A stretch of DNA of 63,275 nt, the filler included, from Rhabdomonas costata (taxonomy: Eukaryota): the NCBI GenBank assembly GCA_019059605.1. It is 47 parts of 47 records of this genome, joined end to end, with 100 filler letters (N's around TTAATTAATTAA, not from the genome) between each part and the next. Parts side by side here need not be neighbours in the genome. Positions count along the whole stretch, not along the records: positions 1 to 1,249 come from JAHMHO010021940.1; positions 1,350 to 2,598 come from JAHMHO010021941.1; positions 2,699 to 3,949 come from JAHMHO010021942.1; positions 4,050 to 5,298 come from JAHMHO010021943.1; positions 5,399 to 6,647 come from JAHMHO010021944.1; positions 6,748 to 7,996 come from JAHMHO010021945.1; positions 8,097 to 9,345 come from JAHMHO010021946.1; positions 9,446 to 10,694 come from JAHMHO010021947.1; 39 more parts are not named here. The stretch is one strand, 5' to 3'. Position numbers and translations under genes: made by a program. Shown here piece after piece: positions 1 through 13,065 of the stretch. The notes beneath the pieces were generated by a model. It had not been told where the DNA came from and did not search any database. It worked only from the letters and a program-made list of their open reading frames with translations. Every line of letters begins with the position of its first letter. The stretch's first letter is position 1.

Positions 1-171
1 GTTGGGGATTGAAATTGAGACCGAGCATGGAGAATTTCACAGTCACGGTCAAGGCAAAACCGGAAATTGGACAAATGACAGAGTACAAAATCTCGAGTCA
101 CTTGCAATACAGACCTCTCACAGCAAGACGTCAAGGTCGGTGCTGCAAGGGTTGGTTTACGCAATGCATGC

Positions 172-461
172 CTTCTTCCACAACAACCGCACCGATAGCG
201 TCGCTTATAAGAACAACAACCAGACAGGGTTTTGGTTGCTCTGATGTCGTCCGAACGGGCTGCGAGGGAACACCGTTCTCCCGGGTTGGGGTCATTACCG
301 AGAGCCGACAAGTGCCTTCCCTGCCTGAACACCGACATAAAATGTCCAAAAATGTTGAAAAAAGGGATGAAAATACCTGAGGTCTCCGCGCCAATCTCCC
401 AGCCGAGGCATACCAACAAGACCAGCGTTCCAAAGAGCACTCCGGATACAAACCGCATCAT
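172..461 (-). CDS. 5' exons of a putative secreted or membrane protein (exons 461-377 and 324-172)
   Basis: MMRFVSGVLFGTLVLLVCLGWEIGAETS resembles a signal peptide. A 52-nt GT-AG intron (376-325) keeps the frame. A pyrimidine tract plus AG lies 14 nt upstream of the ATG. Confidence 0.5.
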
Positions 462-1249
462 TGACACACAAAACTCTGCAGAAACGAAGGAGCAGAGAAA
501 CACCAACGGAAGCGATATTTCTTCAGAAAGAGGTAAATATCCCTATTCTATTCTTCTTCAAAATAGGAGGTGGGGATGGCCACTCTAAATGGAACGATCT
601 GAGAATGTTTCAATTACTCTCAAATCGATTTCAGTTTTGCAATCCTGGGTACAGCTCGCGACAAAATGCCAACGGGCTTTTGACAGACAAAGTTTACTAA
701 TGAACAGAGGCGCGGGGGCCTCGGAGACGGGGACGCTGCCTGGGACTTATATCTGGGTCCTCTGGCGCAAACACAAAGCATGGCTTTCGATTCCGTTTCC
801 CATGTCCATTTTCTCCTTTCCACGCCCTTTCTGGAACATTTCGCCTTGGCCCGGAAAAGAGCATGTGCAAGCTGAAACACAATCACCACAGATGTAGAGA
901 GGGGGTGGGGAGATGAGGTGGATTCCTTCGCAAAGAAGGCCGGACGTCACCGGACGTCATCAAAGCCAGTCACTCCGGCGAGCAAGAATAACGGAAAGAA
1001 TGGCTTCCCCGGGAGGTTTTGGCACCAGTTCCATGCCGAGGTCAGCCGCCCATCAATGCAGCTGCCGGCGTCCTCCATCGTGTCTCCACCAGAGCCATCA
1101 AAGCCATGCCTGAGCACCCCCCCCCTCCCTTAGTCTCCATTGCTGCTATGTCCATGGCAGGCGACCGGCCTACAGAAATCGACAGCTGACAAAAGTGAGG
1201 TGGCAACCAACATCATTCACCCCAAAAGTACCAGCTCACACCAACCCAA

Positions 1250-1349
1250 NNNNNNNNNNNNNNNNNNNNNNNNNNNNNNNNNNNNNNNNNNNNTTAATTA
1301 ATTAANNNNNNNNNNNNNNNNNNNNNNNNNNNNNNNNNNNNNNNNNNNN
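1250..1349. other. Artificial contig spacer (N44-TTAATTAATTAA-N44), first of about 46
   Basis: The same 100-nt linker, with stops in all six frames, recurs about every 1.35 kb. Flanking segments are unrelated and nearly equal in length, as expected for size-sorted contigs. Confidence 0.99.
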
Positions 1350-4300
1350 GGGGTTTTTTATCTCATTGCAAAAGGAACAAGCAGCAAGTGTTATCACAAA
1401 TGGGACTCCGACAAGTTGTTGTGAAGCGTGCTGTCCTTTTTTTTTAACGTACCACTGGTGCAGTCCCAGATCGAAGACTTGTAACGCATGGTTACTGCAC
1501 ATTCTTGAAAAAGCTGCATCTACCCACTACCCTCTACCTGCCAGATTTGATGCAGCCGGGAAGTGCGCCAGCGGCAACCGTTTGCTGAGTTTCTTTTTAT
1601 CTCTGCCTGCCCTTATCTCCCTTCGTTTTACATGTGCCTGGCTCTCAGGTTGGTACGCCGGCCTCTGTGGTGCAAGTGGTGGAAGCTCCAGAGGATCCTG
1701 CAGTGCGAGCCCTTCTTCAGGACATCCTCGGTATAAGGATGGATAGGGTAGAATACAGTACCTTTTCTTCTTTTCTTGGGGGGAGGGGGGCCATTATTGA
1801 GGTGGTGACTCCCCGCCAGTCACCGGGACTGAGCCGGGAGCCAGAAAAGTCAGAAGAGACAGAGAGGGAGGCGCTGCTCCTCTTCCGTACGAGCCGAAGA
1901 GGGGGATCCCCTTAATTGAGAGAGTGCCATCATCAGGGATCGGGCTGTAGCGGAAGCCGACCTCCTGCGCCACCACTCATTTCCACATTCCTCACCTGAA
2001 GAGAGGCGCTGCTCCGGCAAAGGCCGCAAGGGAACCTCCCGCACCAGAAAGAGAACGAGTATGCCAACAAGTGAGTCAGCAATACAAACCAAAAAAAGAA
2101 CCAACTGAACAACCGAGGGTTTGTCACGAGAAGAAGCCACTCGCAGACGAGGATAAGAGTATAAGAGAAAAAGAAGAGAAGAGGGGATGCAGCTTCCTAT
2201 ATTACTGCTTTCGAGAAGGCACACCAGGCGGCCGAAGGCCGCTTCATCGAATACGGTACCCCCCTCCCTTCCCCCTTCCCATCGGGGAAATTCAAAGAAT
2301 GCAAGAAGAGGAAAGGTGGGTGAGCAGGATGTATGCCGGAATGAAATGATGGGTTGGAGGGGAGGGCAGGGGAGGGGAGGGGAGATGATGATGTTTTACG
2401 CACCTGGAGTGTATGCGGAGGGTCGGTGCCTTTTCCTATGGAAGCGAGCCCTTGGGGTTCTTTCAGAGGCCACGGCGTGCCGGCGGGCGGTGCCTGGCAC
2501 CCCATGGAACCCGGCGCAGTGCCCCGAGCTCTCGCAGCACATCTCCGAGGCCTTCTTCCGGCCCGACCTCAGCCCTGCCTTCCGCCGCCCCCCCACCCNN
2601 NNNNNNNNNNNNNNNNNNNNNNNNNNNNNNNNNNNNNNNNNNTTAATTAATTAANNNNNNNNNNNNNNNNNNNNNNNNNNNNNNNNNNNNNNNNNNNNGC
2701 AGCAACGTAAATGCGCCGAAAAAACAAAAGGGGTGCAGAACAAGCAGCACAACGACACGCCACAGCGCACCGCGCCAAGGCGCCATGTGTGTGCGCGCGT
2801 GCGCGTGTGCGTGGGGATGGCCTGGAATGGCACGGCCGGCCCGGGCTGACCGGCTCTCCGGTTCCGAAGCTGCCCTCCAGCAGCGTGCTTCTCCTCGAAG
2901 ACCGGTTCGACCTCAACAGCCGACGTTGGCGAGATGATCGAGGAGGAAAGCCCTTCCTTTGACGGCCCAGCATTCTGCCTGGCCACTTACCTGTCCCCGT
3001 GGGTTCACAGGACTGCGGACCCGGCTTGGGGCTCACCGCTTCCCGAACGCCTGTGACGCGCGTTGGGCGCTGCCGGTGCTTACCTTGGTATACACCAAGT
3101 ACCTGGCTTTGATTACACTCATCCGGGTGGTGGTGTCCTTCGAGACTCCCGCTTTAATTAGGTGACCTGAAGGTTGTGGTGCTTTCTCTTCCTGCTGGGG
3201 TGGCGGGGCTACGAGGGTGCGAGGGCGCGCAAGCTTTGACTCCAAAACCCAACCCTCTTGGCAAAATGCCTGCGAATGGGCTGCCCTTCCGCGTGGAGTG
3301 TGTGCTTTCTACTGCCTGATGCCTGTGGTGTGCTTTGGCTTCGCCACTTCTAACAAACACGCGCACTTTAGGGGGTGTGAGTGTGCCCTTTGGCCTTTCA
3401 CAGCTTTCCCCTATTCCCAGTAAGCACAGCAACAGCCAAACAGTACGAACAAGGCAAACCAGCCAAACACCGCACGACTTACGATACACAGCTCCACCGC
3501 CCAAACCTTCACAACACCTCTTGCGCGGCACCCTACCAACTCAACCCCTACAACCAAAACCCCAAACAAATGCAAGAAAGAGGAAATTAAACACACAAAA
3601 CCTCAGCCCATTGCTTTACGCAATCACCAAACTCCTACTCCAACAAGTCAGGTCAAAAAGCCACAAAACACATCCAAAGCCCTTTTTGATTCTTCAACTC
3701 GATGTAGAAAGTCTTCAAGATTCCACTCAACGTAATCTTCTTTAAAATCCGCGGCATTCTCGACCATCACCACATCGTCTGCGGAATCCCGCAAAATTAT
3801 TTGCTCCACCGCGTTCTCCTTTTCGAACTCTTTCAAGATAGTTCTTGTACGAGTGCCAACTCCTCTGCTTTCAATCTTCCGCTTGCAATTCGATTTTTTT
3901 CTCGCTACGCCCAGCTTCCTACTGAGCCTCCGGCGCTCCAACCACCACANNNNNNNNNNNNNNNNNNNNNNNNNNNNNNNNNNNNNNNNNNNNTTAATTA
4001 ATTAANNNNNNNNNNNNNNNNNNNNNNNNNNNNNNNNNNNNNNNNNNNNTGTGGGGTGTGTTTGGGGTTGTGTGTACTCTTCAGCTTCGGCAGTTGGGCG
4101 GAAGGATGCGAGGATACTTCGAGTGGGGTTGGAAATCATGATCACTCGTGATCAGGATGGTCTTTGTAATTAACACCTATATCTATGTCTGTGTGCGTGC
4201 ATCGCCCTGTGACTGTGCGAGACATAGATTCCCACTGAGGTGTCCCCTGCATGACGCTCATCTCCCCACTCCCCACGGGCACCGGCACCGAGAATCCCTC

Positions 4301-4547
4301 TCAGGGAACATTTCTGCGGTTACCAGTCCTGAGCATGATTCCCATCTTCAGTCACCCAAACCGCTGGCTGAACATGAAGCAGGGGAACTGGACGCGAAAG
4401 CCACCTTGACAGCACCTTGACAAGACCTGCAAGAGAGGGCAGCAGTCTTTGTGAAGGAGAAAAGTGAGGCATCAGAACAAAGCAGCACCTCTCACGAGTT
4501 CAGATCGCTCGCTGCAAGCCCTGCCGTTGCGCATGCACATTCCACAG

Positions 4548-4649
4548 GTGCTTCGGGACACCACCACGCTGGACCTTCGGCAGAAAGAGTGCGTGGACGC
4601 CGTGATCTCCAACGGGGGATCGATGCTCTCTCTCATCAATGACATCCTG
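4548..4649 (+). CDS. Histidine kinase HisKA dimerisation-domain exon
   Basis: cag|VLRDTTTLDLRQKECVDAVISNGGSMLSLINDIL|gt matches the second helix of HisKA (T.L...Q.E....I..SG..LL.LINDILD). Confidence 0.8.
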
Positions 4650-7600
4650 GTCTGTGTCCAGGGTGCCTGCTCACATTCCTATCCATGTCCAGTTTATGGC
4701 AAAGCTCTATTTTAGATTGCGATGTTTTCCTAGGGTGAGAGGATGGGGTTGGGGTTGGGAGGTAGATGTCAATACCTCTCGAGCTCCAAGCCCCCTTTCC
4801 TCTATCGAATCAGAGTTTTTGGTTGGCTTGAGTGTCCCATTGACCATAATCGGCATAGCTTTACTACTGTACTCCCCCATGTGGGAACACAAGCAAGGCT
4901 TCCTAATCCCCTGCATGCTGTTTATTGGAAATCCTGAAGCATGCAAAGTGTCCTCACCCCCTTTTTCTGAATAAAGGGAATGAAAAAAGAGGCACAATCA
5001 CTGAAAATAGCCGTCCCGAATGTGCTCGCACAGTTTCACAAACAAGTCCGAGGAAGACATATTGGACCTCCACTGAAACTCTTTAACATATCCAGCAATG
5101 TGGTCAGAAGCAACACCGCCCTTCGCAGCAAACCAAATATTCAACCGTCCCCATGCTCCATCGATACCCTGGGTTTTAGGCTAACCCTAAACCCTAACCC
5201 TCTTCCGACAGTTCTTGCTGGAACACATCATCCCAGCCCTCCCCCTGTGCTCCGCATTCTCGCACCACATTTTGGGCATTCAGCTGCAGTAGGCACAANN
5301 NNNNNNNNNNNNNNNNNNNNNNNNNNNNNNNNNNNNNNNNNNTTAATTAATTAANNNNNNNNNNNNNNNNNNNNNNNNNNNNNNNNNNNNNNNNNNNNGG
5401 CTCCCCGCCCGCCGCGCCTCCCAGGGACCCACACGTCGACGACGGGGAGAGCGTCATTTCCTCTGTCGATTCATCGAAAGTCCTGTGAGCGGCCCAGTTG
5501 GTGTGGACACGGGCCGGGGAAACTGACAGTTATAGAAAGGGAGCGTGCAGCCCGTTATGTTCAATGCGAATAAGAAAGGAAGAGTGGCGTCGGGGGAAAA
5601 CAACAATTTAGAAAAGGGAGGAAGAAAAAACGCACTTCGCAACGGGCTCCACAGTGCCTTTGCTGCTCACAGTCTTGACCACAAGCACAGCGACGGGCCC
5701 TGAAAGTCACACAGAGGAATGGCTCTCGAATTTCGGGGGAACCAGTTGCGGTTAACCTAAGGCAGCGAAATCATCATGGCATCTTCCGAACCAGCGATAT
5801 TCGGTGAGAACAACGGAACATGAGGAAGCGAGACACACACACACACACCATCGGTGGAGTAGGGCTCATGTCGGTACCTCACCTCAAAGCAAGGCATTTT
5901 CGGTGAAGGAAAGTGGTCAGAGAAGGGGCACACGGAAGACTCGGAAGGGGGGGAGGGGGACAAAGCTGAGTGAAATCTGCAATGAGGTAGGATGTCGGCA
6001 AATCATCAACGGAATTTTCCGGAAAAACAAGGTGTGAAAAGATTGCTGCAACTCTGCTTTCAACTCAAACGAATCTGAAAGGCATCCAATGCGCAATCGG
6101 AATTGATTTCCTTGCGATCATCGGATTGGATTGTACTGCGAAGAGGGGGACCGGACGGCCGTCATTGATTCATATCTATTGCGCAGGGCTGGAGCATACC
6201 TGTGTCCACCACACCCAGACACAGTGAGAGCGAGGCTGATGTTGAGCCAATTGGAATGCAGTGCCATAGTCCAGAGACCATTGAGGAGGAGGAGGAGGAG
6301 GAGGAGGAAGAGAGCAAAGCCGTCATCTTAAGCACCCCAGCACCAAACGGCACCAAACGTACCACCCTTCCTCAACGAGGACCACTCCTGACCATTCATG
6401 TGCATTGTGATCCGGGATATTACGAACCCCCACCCTACAACGAATACCACCACACACTGCCAGCATGTCTGGAGGGCACTACCCTATTTCCTCCATTCCG
6501 CCTTTATGACCCCTGCTTATGAAGGCATAAGCCACGAGCGCACAGTGGTGTCGTAGCTGCTGCTCAGCACTAGTGGCCCCTTAGCCGAGACGCTCGTGAC
6601 TTCCGCAGAGTGCCCACGCAGTGTCGAAAGTGCATATCCCAACAACANNNNNNNNNNNNNNNNNNNNNNNNNNNNNNNNNNNNNNNNNNNNTTAATTAAT
6701 TAANNNNNNNNNNNNNNNNNNNNNNNNNNNNNNNNNNNNNNNNNNNNGGGGGGTGGGGGCAGGGACCAGCCGGATGGGGTTCCGCAGCTGCTGCTGCACC
6801 CAATTTGCGCTTGGGCTCCTGGTGACGACGGCGCTACCCCCGGCCCCGCTGCGAATGCGGCAAGATGCGGCATCAAAGGTGTGTGTTCTGCATGTCCGTC
6901 ACAAGGGCAATCCTGTGGGTTGTGCTGGCGCACCGACCAGTTTGCAATGTTACCGTTAGAGTGTGAGGTCAGCGCCAGGGGAACCCCCCACCCCGCAATG
7001 AAAAACCAGCCCCTACGTTGATCGTGTGATTGTTGGTTTTGATTGAACAATTATTACACTTATTATATTTCTAATAATATATTCCTGATTTCTGGATTGG
7101 TTGTTTTCACAATTGACAGTCCCGTCTTTAATCTCACGAACTTGACTTTGCTTTTTTGGGGGGGAGGGGGGTTCGTTTCTTTTCGCCGCTCCCTCCCCGA
7201 CTTCTCGTTTCCCCTCCTCTGCTTCTTACCTTATATAGCACGTTATTCCAGAAACTCAGAGCACGTGCCTTCTAGCCTCAGTAACAGGAAAACGTTCATA
7301 ACGGTTCGTATGCGGCATTTTATAGCGCTCCCAGGAATTGGAAACTCGTAACATACTAAAAAAAAAATCCTGAGTTCCGGGATGTAACTTGCCTCAGAGC
7401 GTTCTATGATGGTGCCGGCTCCGCCGCACATGGCCCCCTCTGTGGAGAGGGACGGCATCATGGTCATTGACGGGATGGTGAGGCGGTTCCCGAGGTGTTG
7501 GACGGTTGCTCTGTCTGTTCGGGATTTTGCGTGGGGTTTCTTCTGGGTTTTGGATTCACCACTTGCCTGTGTGATGTTTCAGACTCTAAATGCCCTCCCG

Positions 7601-7768
7601 CCTGAGCGGAGGTTGGAGACCGCGAGGCGGGGTTGCCAATCGGCTTTTGTGATGTGGCCTCTGTGTGATGTTTCCGTGAGCACTAGTTCAGGACTTTCAT
7701 CATAAGGAAGTAAACGATCCCCTCCCCCTTGGGTTTGCCCTTGGGTTTTTGCAGCGCCCTTGAAGTTT

Positions 7769-7993
7769 CGAAGGTTGTCCGAGCTACGGCGTTCCCCTAC
7801 CAGTCGCCACCACCTACGGCCTTCCCGGCGCTCCTGCATGGTGCGTGGCCCCCACAAGGAGCCACTCCTCACACGCCGCCTCCACGCAGGAGCGCCGGGA
7901 AGGCCGAAGGTTGTCCGAGCTACGGCGTTCCCCTACCAGTCGCCACCACCTACGGCCTTCCCGGCGCTCCTGCATGGTGCGTGGCCCCCACAA
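7769..7993. repeat. Tandem repeat with 136-bp period and an internal 21-bp inverted repeat
   Basis: 7769-7857 is identical to 7905-7993. 7817-7837 is the exact reverse complement of 7886-7906. Confidence 0.9.
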
Positions 7994-9571
7994 CACNNNN
8001 NNNNNNNNNNNNNNNNNNNNNNNNNNNNNNNNNNNNNNNNTTAATTAATTAANNNNNNNNNNNNNNNNNNNNNNNNNNNNNNNNNNNNNNNNNNNNTGTT
8101 TTGTGGGAAAGCTGGCGAAAAAGCTGCCAGTCCGAAGCGGGATCGTAACTTTTTGATACCAAGTCTGCTGCGACTCCTGTGATCCTTTTTGAGGTGTGCT
8201 ACTTTGCTCGTGCTGGGCCATATTGCTGAAAGGTGATCACTGCCTCAGATTATCAATGCCCTGTCTTGTGTTGGCAAATGGACAGGGCTGTAAAAAAAAC
8301 CTGCTTTTTATAAAATCTGAAAAACGGTTTCTTCATAAAGTCACGAAAAGACAGGTTTTTTTGACCTTTTTCCTTTAAGGATGGTCTCCCATATAAGGGA
8401 GGCCAGAGGTCAATGTCGTTGAATCACCCCTCGCAAGCCAGCCCGCTGACCCTATGCAATACTCCCACACCCAAGCTTGCATCGCCCTGCTGACCTCACG
8501 CCCCTAGAAATCCGAACCACAGAACCTCACCACAGCCGCAACCCCACACACTGCAACATTCCAACCCTTCCCCGTTTAACATATTGGCATTCCTCATACA
8601 ATATGCACACGTATATGCCTTGGTAAGCATTCGAACTGTAAACAGGAACGACAATGGCATTCCTCTCCGATCGAAAAATCCTTTGAGAGCTGAAGGTTCC
8701 GTATACATTCGATAGTAGTGCGGGCAGCTGTTCTTTGGAGCGGGGCCGAAACCCGAGCCACTATGCAGACCAGGTTCTTATTCGAACATTCATTGTATTA
8801 CAGGGCTGTGTCCGCACTTATGGTCAGTGTTTGCCCGCAAGCGATCGTCATACGATTCCCAGACGACGGCTATCAATAAGAGTAACAGAGACCTTCCTGA
8901 GAGGATCCGCCCAGGAATGGGGGCTGGTTCGCCCCCGGCACCAGAGGGGCCGCCCTCCTGTGGAGGGAAGAGCATCCCTGGGGGATGGTCAGTGCTGGAG
9001 CTGCTGCCGCGCTTCCCTTCGCTGGCACGGCGGATGGGAGCTGCGGAGTAGGTGCTCCCATTGGGCAGCGGCAAAGGAGCCTCCACGTCGCCTTCCTCCA
9101 CGGGAGCCATCGCGGAGGAACCTGCGAAGGTGCGGAGGTGGAAGGGACCATGGCCAAACGGAAGGGATTCGGAAGCAAACGGACCCCATTTCGCTGCGGA
9201 GAATTCGCAGCTGAACGCCGCAGAATTCTGAAGGTGTTTTGTTCCCTTTTCGGCACATTGCGGGCGGGAATATCTTCTTCGTCTGTCATTGACAATTGGA
9301 TCGGAGCACGTTTGAAGCAAACCCCTTCCCCCCCCACCCACTTCCNNNNNNNNNNNNNNNNNNNNNNNNNNNNNNNNNNNNNNNNNNNNTTAATTAATTA
9401 ANNNNNNNNNNNNNNNNNNNNNNNNNNNNNNNNNNNNNNNNNNNNTGTGTGCCCGCACGCCTGTCTCCCTTTTCCTCTTTGTTTGTTCAATTCAGATTTC
9501 CTAACCCCCTTTTCGTTTGAGCGGCTTGTAGGCCGGTGGGCCTTGATCCAGCTCTTCCTCCCATCTCTCAG

Positions 9572-10234
9572 GACGAAGGCGCATGCCTGTGCCTCCACAA
9601 CGAGCAGGAGGTGGGGTTCCGGGACGGCGTCGCGATTTCGGGGTTCTACGTGGGATCGAGCTGCGACCAATGCGACCCCATATACTGGGGCAGCCACTGC
9701 CACCTGCTCTGTGGGTGTAACAACAACGGGAAGTGCTCCCAGACAGATGGCGCCTGCGAGTGCTACGCTGACTCGGTGCTGTAATGTCCCCTGACCCCTT
9801 CACCGTTTCTCTCCTACGCCTCTCGTGCACTCCCCCTTTCTTCCTGTGTACATGTATTGCCCATTTTTTTAGCTTCCTGTCGGATAACCCTGATCCACGT
9901 TATCTCTGCTGTTTTTCTTCACCTTTCTTTGATCAATTCACCCCCACGCATTCAGTGTCGCGTCTTTTCCCTCCCTTTCTCACCGGTGTTAGTAATTGCA
10001 TTGCCTTTCGCGCCGACCTGAGTGCTGCCTTGACACTTTTCGTCCATGAAAAGTGCAAACAGGATTGAACTTTTCAAACCCCACCCCCGAATCGCCCCAG
10101 GGATGCTCGATACTCGCAACTCTCCGCACTGCTCGAAATTGCAGGCTAAGGGGTACTGGACCGGTCTGAGCTGCGAGAAGTGCGTCAGCGAGTACCTCGA
10201 GCCCCTGTGCCGCGAGAAGACCAACTTCATCGCC
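9572..10234 (+). CDS. Cysteine-rich EGF/laminin-EGF-like repeat protein (exons 9572-9775 and 10145-10234)
   Basis: The spliced peptide GFYVGSSCDQCDPIYWGSHCHLLCGCNNNGKCSQTDGACECYADS|AKGYWTGLSCEKC has EGF-like cysteine spacing. The GT-AG intron is in frame. Confidence 0.85.
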
Positions 10235-10794
10235 GTGAGCAGCAATGGCTCGCTAACCCGCGACGTTCGTGCCCAGTGCACTCGACTTCCCCCGCCCCTC
10301 GGGCACATGTCTTCCCATCCCCCATTTCAGATTCCTCCTCCTCGTCGGCCTCCATGGTGAACCCATTAGGGGTAGGTTCTTCGCGGGAGCTTATGGAACA
10401 TTGCGTTCAGGATGTTCCGCTATCAGTGCTTGCTAACCACGTCCTGACGGGTTTTCTTGTGAAAGAGAGAGAGAGAGAGTCGTGAAACTCCACCCCAGTA
10501 CCTCCTCCTGAAAAAGTTCCTTCTCCCAGTGCGATGTAACAGCGCACTCCGGAAAAGTGTCTTGAATCTAAATTGTCTCGAAGTGTTCAATATGATTCAG
10601 CCTGCTCAACAAATTTGAAGCATGGCATTGCCGTCCCCACTCTATATTCCACCACTTGCACATGGAAGCGACTTCTTCCCTTCGCCCACCCCCCNNNNNN
10701 NNNNNNNNNNNNNNNNNNNNNNNNNNNNNNNNNNNNNNTTAATTAATTAANNNNNNNNNNNNNNNNNNNNNNNNNNNNNNNNNNNNNNNNNNNN

Positions 10795-11670
10795 GTGTGG
10801 TGTGTTTGGTGTTGGTTGGTAGAACCAGCGGCGGCCTGGAAAGCACTTCGGACGGACGCCGAGTAATAACTGTTGGCCTGGTCAAAGCCGGCGTCCCACA
10901 GCATGATTCTGAGAATGGAGGGGGCAGGGGAGGCACCCACAGGCAGTGTGGCCACATTGAACCTGTCACAGAGAGCTGCAGGGGAGAGGGAGAGGAAGAC
11001 AAAGCTAATCGCAGGTAACTGCTGTGCCGACGCTTCCCCAGGACCCACCCATGGTTTCGTGGTGGTGGCTCTGTTAGCCGGTTAACCACCCCGCCAGCTT
11101 GCAGCCCTCCTCTTCTCCACCACCCGACCGCAGCGAATTTTGTGCTGAACCCCTTGCTCTGACAGAGCCTGTATGCCCCGGACTCTGAGCTGGTGTCCGC
11201 GAGGTGTTCGTCTGCGGGCTCCGACCCTCTTCCTGAGGGTCAGTTGCGCAAGGTAGTAGCCACATACGAAAAAAACGCTCAACCACACGGCCGGCAGCAT
11301 GGCAGTGGCAGTAACTCAGTGTACTGTTAACTCTCGGGCGGACTACCAGAATCTTGGACTGCATGCAGGTCGGACTAATTCTCCCCCACCCCCTACCTCC
11401 AAGGATGGCCTGACTCCTTCACTGGTCAAAAATGATGCTTGCGGTGTTTTGTTTTTCTGTCTCCGCCGTCAGGATATTTAGAAGAAGAAAAGAGCAATTT
11501 ACGGAAAGGCACATACCCTCCGAAGTTGGGGTACTTCACCAGTTGGGGCAGAATACTGGGCAGCAGGCTGGGCTGCACGTACCCCGTGCCCGCTGCAGCA
11601 GGGGCTGCAGGCAGCCCCACCAAGACTTGCAGGTTGGGGCTGACCGACGAGGCCCAGGACATCCACTGTG
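10795..11670 (-). CDS. GH18 class III (hevamine/Cts1-like) chitinase, C-terminal exons (11670-11517 and 10908 to contig edge)
   Basis: QVLVGLPAAPAAAGTGYVQPSLL...KYPNFGG|IMLWDAGFD matches class III chitinase motifs (LGLPAAP.AAGSGY and GGVMLW). Joined by an in-frame GT-AG intron. Confidence 0.88.
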
Positions 11671-12768
11671 CTGAGGGAGGAATGTAGGGAAGGGAAGAGC
11701 AACTAGAGCAATGAGCATTACCCCAGAGAAGCATCCACTCTGGTAGCGACTGTCCAAACTTTGAAAAGGCTTCAAGATGAAGCTGGGTCCGAAGGCGGAC
11801 GAGACCGTCGAGAAAGTCCGCCCTTCCCTCCTCTTGCCAGCCCCCATGTGACTGCCTTGGGGGATAAAGATGAGCGTTGTAACACCCCGAAAGTGAGAAC
11901 AGAAGTCTTCAGATGCCAGCTGAACCTTCCCAACGTCCTGCAAGTTGTCATGGTGAAAACTCTCAGTTCAGGGTTTAGCCTCTGCCAAAGAACTGCCTCG
12001 AGGTGCCAATCGGGACCCCAATAACCCAAACTCACCTAACACANNNNNNNNNNNNNNNNNNNNNNNNNNNNNNNNNNNNNNNNNNNNTTAATTAATTAAN
12101 NNNNNNNNNNNNNNNNNNNNNNNNNNNNNNNNNNNNNNNNNNNTGTGGGGGGGCATCGGGATCGAGAAGGTATGTGAGGGTGGGCAACGGTTGTCTGGTA
12201 GGCTTTGCGGTGCTGGGGTTGCTTGTCCGCTTGTGCACCCTCTGGAGACATTTGCGAATTAGGATACACACTATACTCCATACACACTATGCTCCTCCTC
12301 ATGTCATAAGTGAGTAGACAGACGCGCACAAGTAAAAGGGCTCCTTGGGAGCTAATATGAGCTAACAGGCAGCAAAAAGTGCTTGGGTATCACCTTTTCC
12401 GTTCTACAAGTTAAATTTCGGGCTGTTGAGGTGACGCGGGCAATAGACCACCTGCAATCCGCTACCGTATTTACGTACGTAAGAGAAAGGCTTTGACCTC
12501 AATGCATCATTTTGCAAATAACGAGAAAATCCATCGATTTAACAGTGCACCCCCAATGTTTTTTGTTGCACCGCAGAGCGTCCTTTTCTTCACCTAGCGA
12601 GTATGAGTCGAAACTTTTCACTTTCTTTGAATGTCCGGAAGCAAGCCTACAGCATGACCTTCCAACGGACGGCATTTTAGCTGCAGACTGCAAATGGCTG
12701 GAAGCCGCCCTCCCTTCCCCTGCCTTGGTCCCCCCCCCCGTGGGGGTGGCGTGACGGTTGGCGATTGA

Positions 12769-13065
<297 letters not shown>

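Noticed and set aside
2-244. Plus-strand ORF with a faint RNase H-like TSRSVLQGL motif
   Set aside because: The catalytic acidic residues are missing, and a spliced minus-strand gene explains the region better.
1294-1305. Regularly spaced TTAATTAATTAA, superficially repeat- or CRISPR-like
   Set aside because: It is a synthetic linker embedded in N runs.
2970-3090. Possible 16-33 nt GT-AG micro-introns on the minus strand
   Set aside because: No recognisable protein to anchor the frames, and the confident introns elsewhere are 50 nt or longer.
5181-5201. CTAACCCTAAACCCTAACCCT telomere-like tract
   Set aside because: Only about 3 mixed units, internal to the contig; too short to interpret.
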